Assembly: GCA_965233865.1 (NCBI GenBank)
Contig: OZ247587.1
Span: forward strand, 1,696,001 to 1,760,000
Direction: 5' to 3'
DNA from: Candidatus Neptunichlamydia sp.
GTDB lineage: Bacteria; Chlamydiota; Chlamydiia; Chlamydiales; Simkaniaceae
DNA: 64,000 nucleotides
The notes below the pieces were generated by a model that searched no databases, had not been told where the DNA came from, and saw only the letters and a list, made by a program, of their open reading frames with translations. The translations under genes were made by a program, and so were the position numbers. Numbering within the stretch: the stretch's first letter is position 1; each line of letters starts with the position of its first letter. Shown here one piece after another: positions 44,221 to 55,175 of the stretch.

Positions 44221-46035
44221 ATGGCTACAGAACGCAGAGAAGCAAGGACTGAAGATACGTGGGATGTTGGTTCACTATACACTAATCTTGAAGAGTGGGA
44301 AAAAGATTTCACAAAATTGACAAAAAATAAATCCGATGTTTCGCGATGGCCCCGTCTTGCCTCGTATCAAGGAAAAATTGGAGAAGGGTCGGATAAGCTT
44401 TCTACGCTTCTTACAGAAACAAATGAGATTGAAAGATCTCTCTATAAACTTTACACCTATGCTCACCTTCGCCATGATGAAGATGTTGCCAATGATATTC
44501 ACAAAAATGCCTACGACAGAATATCACTTCTTTATTTCGATTTTCAAAATGAAACATCTTGGATTCAATCAGAGATTCTTCAGCTTCCTGAAGAAACCTT
44601 TAATCAGTACCTTAGGGATAAATCACTTTCCGAGCACCGCATTCAACTCGAAAAACTTTTCGCTCTTAAACCTTACACACTCACTTCCGATAAGGAGCAC
44701 CTTCTTTCTCTTGCAGGCAAGGCTCTTGATACATCATCCAAAGCCTTTGGAGTGCTTAATAATGCTGAACTGAAGTTTGAACCTGCAAAAGATGAAAAAG
44801 GGAAAGACCATGAGCTCACTCATGGAAGCTACTCTCTTTACCTCCAATCAAAGGATCGCACCTTAAGGAAAAATGCAGTCTTTAATCTTCATAGGAAATT
44901 TGGGGAATTTGAAAACACTATTTCCGAGCTTGTCAATGGGCAAGTTCAGGCTCATATCTTCCAGGCTAAGGCTCGCGGATATGATTCTGCTCTTCAAGCA
45001 GCTCTTACCCCCCATCAAATCAATGTAGAGGTCTACCATAACCTTGTCTCAACAGTGAGAAGTAATATTTCACCTCTTCACAAATATATCTCTTTAAGAA
45101 AAAAACTTTTAGGTCACGATCAACTCCATTTTTATGATCTTTATACCTCTCTAGTTCCTAAATATGAAAAGAAATATTCTTACTTTGAGGGAACAGAGCT
45201 TGTCCTTGATGCAATAAAGCCTCTTGGCCCGAAGTACCATGAAATCTTGAAAAGAGGATTTGGCCCTGAGCGATGGGTGGATCGTTATGAAAACGCACGT
45301 AAGAAATCGGGAGCGTACTCAAGTGGATGTTATGATAGCGTTCCCTATATCCTGATGAATTTTCAAGGGACATTGCGAGATGTTTTTACCCTCGCTCATG
45401 AAGCAGGGCATAGCGTTCACTCTTACCACAGCAATCAGGGGCAGCCCTTTCAATACTCAAACTATTCCATTTTTGTAGCCGAGGTTGCATCAACCTTTAA
45501 TGAAGAACTCTTGTTTCGCCACCTAATGGAAAAGGCAGAGTCTCACGAAGAAAAGTGTTACCTTCTAAACCAAAAGATTGACGATATCCGTGCTACTCTT
45601 TTTCGCCAGACGCAGTTTGCCGAGTTTGAGCTCACGCTCCATACTCTAGCAGAAAAAGGGGTTCCTTTGAACGCAACGACTTTAAAAGAAACCTATCGCA
45701 AACTCAACAAAGATTATTATGGGAAAGACCTTTTTTTAGATTCCGAAATTGATGTTGAATGCCTCCGCATTCCTCATTTTTATTACAACTTCTATGTATA
45801 TCAGTATGCGACAGGAATTAGTGCTGCCTATGCTTTAGTAGAGCGGCTTATGAAAGAGGGAGAAAAGGCTCAACAAGACTATCTGAAATTTCTCTCCTCT
45901 GGATCTTCGCGCTATCCTGTAGATTTGTTGGAAATGGCTGGGGTCAATATGAGGAAAAATGGTCCTATTGAGAAGCTCATTAAGCGCTTTTCATTGCTTG
46001 TTGATGAGTTTGAAAAAGAAATTAATGCTTGCTGA
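44221..46035 (+). CDS. pepF: Oligoendopeptidase F
   Basis: M3B motifs KKSGAYS, TLAHEAGHSVH, AEVAST, HFYYNFYVYQYA. Confidence 0.96.
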   Translation: MATERREARTEDTWDVGSLYTNLEEWEKDFTKLTKNKSDVSRWPRLASYQGKIGEGSDKLSTLLTETNEIERSLYKLYTYAHLRHDEDVANDIHKNAYDRISLLYFDFQNETSWIQSEILQLPEETFNQYLRDKSLSEHRIQLEKLFALKPYTLTSDKEHLLSLAGKALDTSSKAFGVLNNAELKFEPAKDEKGKDHELTHGSYSLYLQSKDRTLRKNAVFNLHRKFGEFENTISELVNGQVQAHIFQAKARGYDSALQAALTPHQINVEVYHNLVSTVRSNISPLHKYISLRKKLLGHDQLHFYDLYTSLVPKYEKKYSYFEGTELVLDAIKPLGPKYHEILKRGFGPERWVDRYENARKKSGAYSSGCYDSVPYILMNFQGTLRDVFTLAHEAGHSVHSYHSNQGQPFQYSNYSIFVAEVASTFNEELLFRHLMEKAESHEEKCYLLNQKIDDIRATLFRQTQFAEFELTLHTLAEKGVPLNATTLKETYRKLNKDYYGKDLFLDSEIDVECLRIPHFYYNFYVYQYATGISAAYALVERLMKEGEKAQQDYLKFLSSGSSRYPVDLLEMAGVNMRKNGPIEKLIKRFSLLVDEFEKEINAC

Positions 46036-46086
46036 AAATCCATAGAGAGGGTATCCATTAAGCCGGAGTTAAAACCATGTAAAGTT

Positions 46087-46371
46087 ATGAGCATTGATTT
46101 GAAAGTAACCAAGCCTGTAGTTATCCTCAATGATAAAGGGCTTCATACCAGACCCGCAACAGAACTTGTGAGATGTGCTCAAAATTTCAAAGCGCAGATT
46201 TTTCTTGTTTATCAAGGACTCAATGTCAATGCTAAGTCCCTTCTTGGGATTCTCATGCTTGCTGCCACTCGTGGAGCGAGAATCGGAGTTGAAGCCGAAG
46301 GCCCGGACGCTGCTGAAGCCGTAGAAGCTCTCTCTGTTCTTGCAAAAAACCGCTTTAATATCAAATACTAA
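46087..46371 (+). CDS. ptsH: Phosphocarrier protein HPr
   Basis: GLHTRPA (His15), NAKSLLGIL (Ser46). Confidence 0.95.
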   Translation: MSIDLKVTKPVVILNDKGLHTRPATELVRCAQNFKAQIFLVYQGLNVNAKSLLGILMLAATRGARIGVEAEGPDAAEAVEALSVLAKNRFNIKY

Positions 46372-46390
46372 ATTCTATCTAAAATACATA

Positions 46391-46804
46391 CTACTCTTCG
46401 ATGGAGATAATCTTTGCGAGAACTTCCCTTGTGCAATAGATGGGGATGTCGTTTTGGAGGGCGAGAGTCAGGCAATCGCTTGGACGGGCATCGATTTCTA
46501 GAATCCTTCGCAAATCATCAGTTTCCTGCTCGACAAAGAGGCGGGCAAAGTAGATGGTATCTTTCACCTCGGTAATGACCACCTGAAGGAGACTGATATC
46601 AAGGCCATTGAAGAGAGAATTAATGAGATCATAGGTGTAGGGTCGAGGCTTAACCTGGTCAGCCAGGTGCATTTGTAGGTTTTGTCCTACATGAGGGGAG
46701 GTATAGATCGCAAACTGTTTTTCTTCGGTACCTAGAATGAATACGGTATAGTTCTGTGATTGCATGATCTTATTGAACTGTATAGGAATAAGCTCAAAAT
46801 CCAT
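46391..46804 (-). CDS. Bifunctional nuclease (DUF151) family protein
   Basis: RPxTYDL, IDARPSDCLTLAL; start 46804 after AGGAGG. Confidence 0.9.
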   Translation of the reverse strand: MDFELIPIQFNKIMQSQNYTVFILGTEEKQFAIYTSPHVGQNLQMHLADQVKPRPYTYDLINSLFNGLDISLLQVVITEVKDTIYFARLFVEQETDDLRRILEIDARPSDCLTLALQNDIPIYCTREVLAKIISIEE

Positions 46805-46841
46805 CAATTCCCTCCTGGTCTCTATTATCATTATAGAACAA

Positions 46842-47516
46842 TTAAGACCAGTGATCAACCGTCCCATCGGCTTTTCCAACAAGGACTCGGCCCGCTAGGT
46901 TAAAGAAAAACCCTGTTTCTAAGACACCTGGGATCTGAGAAAGTTTTTCGTGATCTTTTTTAGGGTCATCGCGAAGTGATTCAAAACAAATGTCATAGAT
47001 ATAATTCCCGTTATCAGTGACATAGAGGCTGTCTTTATTACGCTCACGTAGAGATCCTTGGTATCCGAGCTTTCGGATTTTGTCGATAATTGCCTCGGTG
47101 GCAAAAGGGAGAATTTCAACTGGAAGGGGGTGTTTCCCTAATTTTTCGACAACTTTAGATTCGTCGACGATCACAACCATTTCGTAGCTGGTATTAGCTA
47201 GAATTTTCTCTCGAAGAAGAGCTCCACCGCCCCCTTTAGTCATGATCTTTTCTGAGGTGATTTCATCAGCGCCATCGACGGTAAGATCAATGGAAGTAAT
47301 GGCGTTGATATCGGCAACAAGGATGCCCCCGTCCTTAGCTTGAGCTTCAGAACGGATAGAGCTTGAAACAACCTGGATATCAAGGCCATCTTGAACGCGC
47401 TCAATTAATCGGGTGATAAAGTAGAACACTGTCGAACCCGTTCCAAGGCCTACAAGCATCCCATTTTCTACGAAATTGGCGGCGGCATAGCCTATGGTTT
47501 TCTTCATTTCTTCCAT
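46842..47516 (-). CDS. rpiA: Ribose-5-phosphate isomerase A
   Basis: GLGTGST, DGADE, KGGGGALLREK. Confidence 0.97.
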   Translation of the reverse strand: MEEMKKTIGYAAANFVENGMLVGLGTGSTVFYFITRLIERVQDGLDIQVVSSSIRSEAQAKDGGILVADINAITSIDLTVDGADEITSEKIMTKGGGGALLREKILANTSYEMVVIVDESKVVEKLGKHPLPVEILPFATEAIIDKIRKLGYQGSLRERNKDSLYVTDNGNYIYDICFESLRDDPKKDHEKLSQIPGVLETGFFFNLAGRVLVGKADGTVDHWS

Positions 47517-47633
47517 ATATCTGATTTTCGCTAATGTTTACATTGAGGGCAAGATTTTTCATTGCTTGAGTTTTTAGAAGATATTTGTCATGCTGCGATT
47601 TTTGGAGAACACCCTGCATAAGGATCAACTTAA

Positions 47634-47903
47634 ATGGCAAATGGACTCGCAGAAGAAAGTGAAAAGACGAAAAAACTACGTGAAAAACTACGCAGGCGAT
47701 TGCGGGAAATGGATAGGGGAATTACTCCTCAGGCTTTGAAAAGAAAATCCTCTGAAATTCATCAATGGATTACGCGGCATGCCTCTGATCGAATTGTTCT
47801 TTGTAGCAAATCCATTGCTCTTTTCGATGAAAACCAAAATACTGTAGGCCTCAGTCAAAAGGTTAACGCTGTGGTTGAAAAACTGAAGAAACTTGCTCCC
47901 TAA
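47634..47903 (+). CDS. Small hypothetical protein
   Basis: 89-aa ORF with AAGGA RBS filling the rpiA-tyrS gap; no motif recognised. Confidence 0.5.
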   Translation: MANGLAEESEKTKKLREKLRRRLREMDRGITPQALKRKSSEIHQWITRHASDRIVLCSKSIALFDENQNTVGLSQKVNAVVEKLKKLAP

Positions 47904-47946
47904 CTCGAACTTGAGATAAATCCCTTTTAGAGCTAGACTTGTTCCC

Positions 47947-49212
47947 ATGGAAAATGTGATCGAATTTTTAGAAAAGCGCGGCTTTGTTGACAACGTCACA
48001 AGCTGCAAACTGAAGGAACTCGCCGAAAATCCTTTCAAAGCCTACATTGGGTTTGATCCCACAGCAGATAGTCTCCATCTGGGAAATCTAGTGGGGATTG
48101 TGGCTCTAGCATGGCTTGAAAAGTTTGGTCACACATCCGTTGCTTTATTGGGTGGAGCTACAGGGAAAATTGGTGATCCTTCTGGAAAAAGCCATGAACG
48201 CCCGCTGCTTACTGAAAAAGTCCTTCAGCAAAATGTTCTAGGGATCCGAAAACAGCTTGAAAGGTGCCTAAAAACTCCCATTGTTTTAAACAATGATGAT
48301 TGGCTTGGACCCTTTAATCTTATCGATTTTTTAAGAGATGTTGGAAAGCATTTCCGTGTAGGTCCAATGATGGGGAAAGAGAGTGTTCGAAACCGCTTCG
48401 AGTCCGAAGAAGGAATTAGTTTTACTGAATTTAGTTATCAATTGCTTCAGGGATACGACTTCTACCATTTATTTGAGAAGGAAAGGGTAGCTGTTCAAAT
48501 GGGAGGGAGTGATCAGTGGGGGAATATTACTGCAGGAATTGAGTTTACTCGAAAGATTACGGGAAAAACGAATTATGGATTGACCTTTCCATTACTTACT
48601 CGAAGTGATGGAGCAAAATTTGGAAAGAGCGAACAGGGAGCAATTTGGCTCGATCCGCAAAAAACATCTCCGTATCAATTTTATCAATATCTTGTTCGCG
48701 TTGCTGATAGCGATGTAGTACAACTCCTCCGTATGCTTACCTTTATTGATTTAGAGGAGATTGAAGAGTATAGCACATCAATCACATCGGGATCTTTTAC
48801 TCCGAATGTTGCGCAAAAACGGCTTGCTGAAGAAGTCACCCGTTTTGTCCACGGAGAAGAAGGGTTTCAAATTGCTCTAAAAGTGACCGAGGCTGCAGCC
48901 CCAGGATCTAAAGCAACTTTGGACCCAGAGGTGCTTGAAGAAATTGCAAAAGACATGCCAAATACTTCGATGTCGATACGTGATATTATCGATCACAAGT
49001 ACGCTGATGTCGCTGCGCAGGCGGGTCTTTCTTCCAGTAAAGGAGAAATCGTTCGGTTGATTAAAAATGGTGGGGCTTATCTCAACAACGAAAAAATCGA
49101 AGATCAAGCTCTTTTGATCGAATCTAAACACATCATTGGCGGCAAATATATTCTTTTGGGAGCCGGCAAAAAAAAGAAAATTTTACTCAAAATTGAAAAA
49201 GAACTTGCTTGA
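47947..49212 (+). CDS. tyrS: Tyrosine--tRNA ligase
   Basis: GFDPTADSLHLGN, GGSDQWGNI, KFGKS, S4-like tail. Confidence 0.98.
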   Translation: MENVIEFLEKRGFVDNVTSCKLKELAENPFKAYIGFDPTADSLHLGNLVGIVALAWLEKFGHTSVALLGGATGKIGDPSGKSHERPLLTEKVLQQNVLGIRKQLERCLKTPIVLNNDDWLGPFNLIDFLRDVGKHFRVGPMMGKESVRNRFESEEGISFTEFSYQLLQGYDFYHLFEKERVAVQMGGSDQWGNITAGIEFTRKITGKTNYGLTFPLLTRSDGAKFGKSEQGAIWLDPQKTSPYQFYQYLVRVADSDVVQLLRMLTFIDLEEIEEYSTSITSGSFTPNVAQKRLAEEVTRFVHGEEGFQIALKVTEAAAPGSKATLDPEVLEEIAKDMPNTSMSIRDIIDHKYADVAAQAGLSSSKGEIVRLIKNGGAYLNNEKIEDQALLIESKHIIGGKYILLGAGKKKKILLKIEKELA

Positions 49213-49343
49213 AAATCAGTAAGATAGAAGAATAAGAGTAAGGAAATAAAAAATTTTCTTAGTCTTTTTCGTTGAAAGAAAACAGCAAGACATGAGAAGA
49301 GGAATTTATCTCTTTTGTTTAACATTTAAAGGAGCAGGGTGAT

Positions 49344-49655
49344 ATGGCAACGATTACAAAAAAGAAGCTCATTAGTGAGATATCTCGCCGCCGAGGTCTT
49401 CATCCCAATGAGGTACGCCTTGTGGTGCAATCGTTTTTAGATTGTATGACGGAGTATCTTTCTGACGGAGACCGCTTGGAATTTCGTGATTTCGGCGTTT
49501 TTGAAGTTGTAAAAAGAAAACAAAAAATTGGAAGAAACCCAAAAAACGCTTCAGTACCTATTATCATCCCAGAAAGACGGGCAGTGAAATTTACCCCCGG
49601 AAAAAAGATGAAAAATCTAATAGAAACTGAAGAGCAGCAAGGAGCTGCGTTGTAG
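49344..49655 (+). CDS. ihfA: IHF/HU family DNA-binding protein
   Basis: EFRDFGVF, GRNPKN, VKFTPGK. Confidence 0.9.
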   Translation: MATITKKKLISEISRRRGLHPNEVRLVVQSFLDCMTEYLSDGDRLEFRDFGVFEVVKRKQKIGRNPKNASVPIIIPERRAVKFTPGKKMKNLIETEEQQGAAL

Positions 49656-49667
49656 GGTAGAAATGCT

Positions 49668-51170
49668 TTGCAATTTTGGGTGGAAGCTATGAGTGGTCTC
49701 GTCACTTTTTTCATGGGTCGTCAGGATTTAGATTCTGGATCCGATCTTTTAGATCAGGCATCTGATGCCTTCTTAAAGGGTGAAGAAATTGGTGGGGCCC
49801 TTCTTTTTTCTATTATTGAGGAGTGTGAATCACTTCCTTTAGAATCTCCCGAGGACTGTCTTGATTTTTACCGGCTTTTGGTTTCTGTTCTTTTTATGAG
49901 AGAAAAGAAGAATCAACAATTAGACCATCAGATTGAAGGACTGATTCGAAAGGGAAAAACTGAAGGGTTTTGGAAAAGTTTTCAGCTAGAAGAGGGATAC
50001 CGCGTACTCGTTGACTACTTATATGAAGGTAAGAGGCAGCCATTCGAGGTTAAACAGCTTGAAAAAGGCGCCGTGCTTCAAGAAAACGGGATGCACTCTC
50101 TCGAAAGACACATTCCTCATCCCAAAGAAAATGCTGAGCTGGCTCTTCTTTGCCTATATCTTGGGTGGGTGTGGCAAGTCGATGGGCTTGTGCAATCTGG
50201 GTTAAAACTTACCGAATTTTGCCTCTCCTTTTGTGATCACAATGGGGAGCTTTTTCAGGGCATGTGGGTAAGAGAATTAGAATATCGGGAGAACAAGAAT
50301 ACGCAGATATTCTCCCTTCTGTTTACGATTGCGTCTCATGTAGCTTTAAGTTCCAAAATTCAGGTTGTTTCTGAGGCTTTATTTGAAAAGAGAGAAGGGC
50401 TGCAGCCATTTGTTGCTCTTTTTGCAAAAGCCTTTCAAAGACTAATCGAAGGTGGGGAGTCATTTCCCAAAATTCATGAGGGATTAACCCTATATGACCA
50501 TGATCAAAGCCTAGGTTTTTTGCGTTACCACCATGAGAGATTAAGCTTTGCTTGCTCTGCATCAGGGGTGAATACTGGATTGGGGGTGATTCATAAAAAG
50601 GGAGTTCACATCACGAGCTTCGGCCCTCATTATGCTCCATTGGCGGACTCGAACTGCTATGGGATTTTTCGTCCTTCTAACGGAAGTCGCGATGGATTTA
50701 AAGATTTAATTATAGAGCCTGGAGATGAGAAAGCCCGCTTTAAAGGGTGGACACGTGTCGTGACTCCTGTAGCTTCTCATGTTTCTAAGCACCCCTGTTC
50801 CTTTGCCGAGAGAGGCCAACAATGGCTGTTTTTTGATGTAGTGGGAGAGAAGGACACAGTCAATCTCACCATCCGTCAAAGTCAGTTTGATGAAACGGCT
50901 CCTCTCCATTTTGTCTTTTTTGTTTCAGCTGACAAAGGAATAATTGAAGAGGAGGGAGAGATCCTGCCTAAAGGCCTGGAGGGTTTTCATGGACGGTCAA
51001 ATAAAATTGTTTTTAGTAGAGGATCGGAAGAAATCACCATCACGCCCAATTTTGAGGGTACTATGGAGGTGATCCCCTTAGCAGGAGGCGATTATTTTTG
51101 GTCAGCAGATTTTTTACTTGCTTTTCCGTTAATGGAAAAAATGTCCGCTTACTGCTGGGACATTGAGTAA
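49668..51170 (+). CDS. Hypothetical protein
   Basis: 500-codon ORF in the ihf-accA cluster; start may be 49689. Confidence 0.8.
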   Translation: MQFWVEAMSGLVTFFMGRQDLDSGSDLLDQASDAFLKGEEIGGALLFSIIEECESLPLESPEDCLDFYRLLVSVLFMREKKNQQLDHQIEGLIRKGKTEGFWKSFQLEEGYRVLVDYLYEGKRQPFEVKQLEKGAVLQENGMHSLERHIPHPKENAELALLCLYLGWVWQVDGLVQSGLKLTEFCLSFCDHNGELFQGMWVRELEYRENKNTQIFSLLFTIASHVALSSKIQVVSEALFEKREGLQPFVALFAKAFQRLIEGGESFPKIHEGLTLYDHDQSLGFLRYHHERLSFACSASGVNTGLGVIHKKGVHITSFGPHYAPLADSNCYGIFRPSNGSRDGFKDLIIEPGDEKARFKGWTRVVTPVASHVSKHPCSFAERGQQWLFFDVVGEKDTVNLTIRQSQFDETAPLHFVFFVSADKGIIEEEGEILPKGLEGFHGRSNKIVFSRGSEEITITPNFEGTMEVIPLAGGDYFWSADFLLAFPLMEKMSAYCWDIE

Positions 51171-51237
51171 AATTTTTGTTCCCTTGCAAAGAATAAAAAA
51201 AATCAGGATAATTTACCTATCACTTTTGGAGAATATT

Positions 51238-52200
51238 GTGTCGATACCTAAAGCAATTTTTATTGGTTCCCTCTCCCTTTTTGCTGTAATCGGTGGGTTC
51301 GCTCTTTTTAAAAAGAAAGGCGAAACTGTACCTAAGGAATTAGTAGCAGCACCTGCGCCTACTATGGAACCTATAGAGGTGGCTCCGGAGCGATCGCAGC
51401 AGTATCTGCAGCCTGTTCAAGATGAAGTCGCTGAGGAAGAAAAGGATCAAGTTTGGCGCCTCTTTACAAAGGGAAAGCAGAAACTTCCAGTTGTTGAGAC
51501 TGTTCGTTATAAAAGCCGTGTCTCTTGGCTGAAGGGAAGGCCTGCGTGGATCACTGATTATGCGGCTCATTTTTCGACATCACGTCATTTTATTGCGCGG
51601 AGCCTGAATGGGAAGAAAGATTACTACACACAGAGAATTTCCCCAGGTGATCAGTTTAATATCTTAAAGAAAGATGTGAGCTTTTATTTAGTTGTTGATC
51701 TCTCTCGTTGTAAACTGTGGTTTTATGTCCTAGATGGAGCAACAAACGAGCGTCATTTGCTAAAAACCTGCAAAGTTGGACTTGGCCGTTTTAATGAAGA
51801 TGCTTACTCAGGATTGCTCACTCCGAAAGGAAAGTTCTCTTTAGGGGACAGGGTAGCGATCTATAAGGCAGGCATATCGGGCCACTTTCAAGATGACGAA
51901 GTAGAGATGGTGCGGGTTTTTGGAACAAGATGGATCCCATTTTCGGAAGAGCTTAGTGGAGAAGGAGACAGTCCTCGTGGATATGGTTTCCATGGCGCTC
52001 CATGGGTGTTTGATGTGGGAACCGAAACGTACAGTGAAGATCTTTCTACAATTGGAAGTTATGAAAGTGATGGTTGCATCCGGCTTGCACAAAATGACAT
52101 TGAAGAATTGTATGCCATTATTATTACTAAACCAACCGTTGTAGAAATCGTGACAGATTTTCATGATGCGGAGATCCCTGGAGATCTAATAGAAAATTAA
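51238..52200 (+). CDS. L,D-transpeptidase (YkuD) family protein
   Basis: N-terminal TM, TPKGKF, FGTRW, YGFHG...SDGCIRL catalytic His and Cys; GTG start after GGAG. Confidence 0.88.
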   Translation: MSIPKAIFIGSLSLFAVIGGFALFKKKGETVPKELVAAPAPTMEPIEVAPERSQQYLQPVQDEVAEEEKDQVWRLFTKGKQKLPVVETVRYKSRVSWLKGRPAWITDYAAHFSTSRHFIARSLNGKKDYYTQRISPGDQFNILKKDVSFYLVVDLSRCKLWFYVLDGATNERHLLKTCKVGLGRFNEDAYSGLLTPKGKFSLGDRVAIYKAGISGHFQDDEVEMVRVFGTRWIPFSEELSGEGDSPRGYGFHGAPWVFDVGTETYSEDLSTIGSYESDGCIRLAQNDIEELYAIIITKPTVVEIVTDFHDAEIPGDLIEN

Positions 52201-52212
52201 GAAGGTGGAAGA

Positions 52213-53175
52213 ATGTTAGACCATGAAAAGCAAATCCATGATCATGAAAAGACCATTGCTCAGTTAAAAGAGCAAAATAAGGTCAATGGGATTTGGACCG
52301 ATGAGGAGCTTGTTAAGCTTGAGAAAAAGCTTGAGGAACTCAAAGATCAGGTCTATTCACAACTTTCTGCTTGGGAGCGTGTAACTATTTGTCGCCATCC
52401 CAATCGTCCCCGTTCCATTGATTATATTAAGAACCTATGTGAGAGCTTCACCGAGATCTTTGGTGATCGCCTTTACCGTGATGACCAAGCAATTGTTGCA
52501 GGTTTAGGGATCATTGGTCGGGAAAAGTTTGTTCTTATTGCTCAAGAAAAAGGATGCGATACTGAAAGTCGTCTCTACCGCAATTTTGGGATGCCGCATC
52601 CTGAAGGGTACCGGAAAGCCCTTCGAGTGATGAAACTTGCTGAAAAGTTTAATCTACCTGTCCTTTCCTTCCTAGATACTCCTGGAGCTTATCCTGGCCT
52701 TGCTGCTGAGGAACGGGGGCAAGGATCCGCTATTGCAACCAACCTTTTAGAGATGGCTAATCTTAAAACGCCCACTATTATTGTCCTTATTGGAGAAGGG
52801 TGCTCTGGAGGGGCGTTAGGAATGGGTATTGGCGATGTCTTTGGAATGCTTCAGCACTCCTACTATTCTGTGATTTCTCCTGAGGGATGTGCTTCGATTC
52901 TTTGGCGGGATGCTGCCAAAAACGAAGAAGCAGCAGAAACCCTTAAAATGCAGGCTGAAGACCTTCTTGAGTTTGAAGTAATCGACGAGATTATTGAAGA
53001 ACCTCAGGGTGGAGCCCATCATGATCCAAAGCTTGTTTATGACGGTGTGAAAAAATTCATTACAAAAGAGGCAAAGCGTCTCAAAAAAATTCCGGTTAGC
53101 GAGCTTCTAGAAAAGAGGTATCAAAAGTTTCGCAAGTTAGGGGCTTTTACTGTTGAATCAGAAGCTGCAGAGTGA
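52213..53175 (+). CDS. accA: Acetyl-CoA carboxylase carboxyltransferase alpha
   Basis: [32 protein letters not shown]. Confidence 0.98.
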   Translation: MLDHEKQIHDHEKTIAQLKEQNKVNGIWTDEELVKLEKKLEELKDQVYSQLSAWERVTICRHPNRPRSIDYIKNLCESFTEIFGDRLYRDDQAIVAGLGIIGREKFVLIAQEKGCDTESRLYRNFGMPHPEGYRKALRVMKLAEKFNLPVLSFLDTPGAYPGLAAEERGQGSAIATNLLEMANLKTPTIIVLIGEGCSGGALGMGIGDVFGMLQHSYYSVISPEGCASILWRDAAKNEEAAETLKMQAEDLLEFEVIDEIIEEPQGGAHHDPKLVYDGVKKFITKEAKRLKKIPVSELLEKRYQKFRKLGAFTVESEAAE

Positions 53176-53206
53176 CAATTAACCTAGAATCTCGTATTCT
53201 AGATTA

Positions 53207-55138
53207 ATGAAAATACTTCTAAAAGCCGCATTGCGCGTTCGCCGACATCTCTCTCTCTTTATTATTACCCTTGTTGCTCTTATTGGTCTAACTGTTTCTA
53301 GCTATGTGGAGATGTTCAGTATAGGGGTTATTTCTGATACTGGAGCCGATTTCTTTGCTCTGTTTTCTTCTAAAAATGATAAAGGCGAGTATAGTGATTA
53401 TGTCACCGAGGAAGATATCCAAGAAAAATGGAAAAAGATTGATCGGGAGAAGATAGGGCATATTACTAAAGACGATGCCCAAAGCTTTATGATTACGAAG
53501 ACGGGGAGCAATCCTCTTAAGCGTGTGATGTATCAGATCAAGCGCCACTTTCATTTCGAACAGAATATGAAGGCTTTTATTGCTCTTCTTCTTATGGTAG
53601 CAATTTTCAAGGCCTTTTTTCTTTTCTTTAGTCGTTATGCAACGCAGATTTTATCAATTCGAATTAGCCGGGATTTAAGACAGCAATATTTCGACCATCT
53701 GCAACATCAGCAAATGAGCTTTTTTCAAAAATATAACATTGGAACCCTTTCCTCAAGAGTGACGGGGGATGCTAACCAAATAGCCTCCTCAATTAATTCC
53801 TTTCTGATAAACTATATTCAAGCTCCTTTTACCATTATTGCGGCTCTTGTTGGGTGTTTCTGGATGTCGTGGCAACTCTCTACGGTAATCTTTTTAGGGC
53901 TTCCCATGATCGTTCTTCCCGTAATTTTTGTGACGCGAAAAGTGAAAAGAATCACGCGTCAGTTGCAAAAAAACCAAGAGGGATTTGCTGCAGTTCTGAT
54001 CGATTTTTTAGCAGGGATTCAAACTGTTAAAGTCTTTGCAATGGAATCCTTTTCATTTAAGAAGTATCAAGAACAAAACGTTCAAATGGCCAGGCTTGAG
54101 AGTAAAACTGCCAAATATGACCTTCTTACTCGCCCTATTCTTCACACGATTACTACTGCATGCTTAGCAACTGTCATTATTGTGGGCTTGCACATTTTAG
54201 ATATGAGGATTTCTGAGCTTATTGTTTTTGCGGGGCTTCTTCATCTTTTCTATGAGCCTGTGAAGAAGTTTGCTGAGGAAAACAGCAACATTCAAAAAGG
54301 AGTTGTTGCTGCTGAAAGGATGTATGAAGTTCTTAATCTGAAGCCTGAGATCAGTGATCGTCCTGACGCAATCAAAATGAGTCATTTTTCCACGGCACTA
54401 GAGTTTGATAAGGTGTGGTTCAAATACGGCGATAAATGGATTCTTAAGGATCTTAGCTTTTCTGTGAAAAAAGGAGAAACAGTAGCTCTTGTAGGGAGCA
54501 CTGGAGCTGGAAAATCAACGATTGTTCAGCTACTGCCCCGCCTCTATGATGTTCAAAAAGGAGAGATCAGGATAGACGGAAAGCCTATCCAGGCCTATAC
54601 TCAGAAATCTCTCCGAGAACATATTGCTTTTGTTCCTCAGAAACCCTTCCTTTTTTATGACACGATTGCGGCCAATATTTCATATGGCAAACCCTGTTCG
54701 AAGGAAGTAATTATTAAAGCGGCTAAGAAAGCTCATGTTCATGAATTTGTCAAAGACCTTCCAAATACCTACGACACCATGCTTGCTGAAACAGGAAAGA
54801 ACTTCTCTGGTGGGCAACAACAGCGTTTAGCAATCGCTCGAGCACTTTTTAAAAATGCCCCTATCTTGATTCTTGACGAGGCGACCTCTTCTCTTGATGC
54901 TGTAAGCGAAGATAAAATCAAGATGGCAATTAAAGAGCTTCACGGAGAGGTCACCCAAATCCTCATTGCTCACCGTCTTTCAACCATTGAATATGCCGAT
55001 CGGATTATCTACCTAGAGCACGGTCAAAAGATTGCCGAAGGAAGCAAGGAAGAGCTTCTTATTACCTGCGAGCCGTTCAAGCACCTTTGGGAAACGCACT
55101 TCCGTACTCAAAAACAATCTGAACCTATAGCGCGCTAA
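53207..55138 (+). CDS. msbA: MsbA-like ABC exporter
   Basis: TMD plus NBD: GSTGAGKST, FSGGQQQR, ILDEATSSLD; follows accA. Confidence 0.85.
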   Translation: MKILLKAALRVRRHLSLFIITLVALIGLTVSSYVEMFSIGVISDTGADFFALFSSKNDKGEYSDYVTEEDIQEKWKKIDREKIGHITKDDAQSFMITKTGSNPLKRVMYQIKRHFHFEQNMKAFIALLLMVAIFKAFFLFFSRYATQILSIRISRDLRQQYFDHLQHQQMSFFQKYNIGTLSSRVTGDANQIASSINSFLINYIQAPFTIIAALVGCFWMSWQLSTVIFLGLPMIVLPVIFVTRKVKRITRQLQKNQEGFAAVLIDFLAGIQTVKVFAMESFSFKKYQEQNVQMARLESKTAKYDLLTRPILHTITTACLATVIIVGLHILDMRISELIVFAGLLHLFYEPVKKFAEENSNIQKGVVAAERMYEVLNLKPEISDRPDAIKMSHFSTALEFDKVWFKYGDKWILKDLSFSVKKGETVALVGSTGAGKSTIVQLLPRLYDVQKGEIRIDGKPIQAYTQKSLREHIAFVPQKPFLFYDTIAANISYGKPCSKEVIIKAAKKAHVHEFVKDLPNTYDTMLAETGKNFSGGQQQRLAIARALFKNAPILILDEATSSLDAVSEDKIKMAIKELHGEVTQILIAHRLSTIEYADRIIYLEHGQKIAEGSKEELLITCEPFKHLWETHFRTQKQSEPIAR

Positions 55139-55175
55139 GTGTCTGTTTTTTAGTTAGAGGAACAAACTCAGGCTA

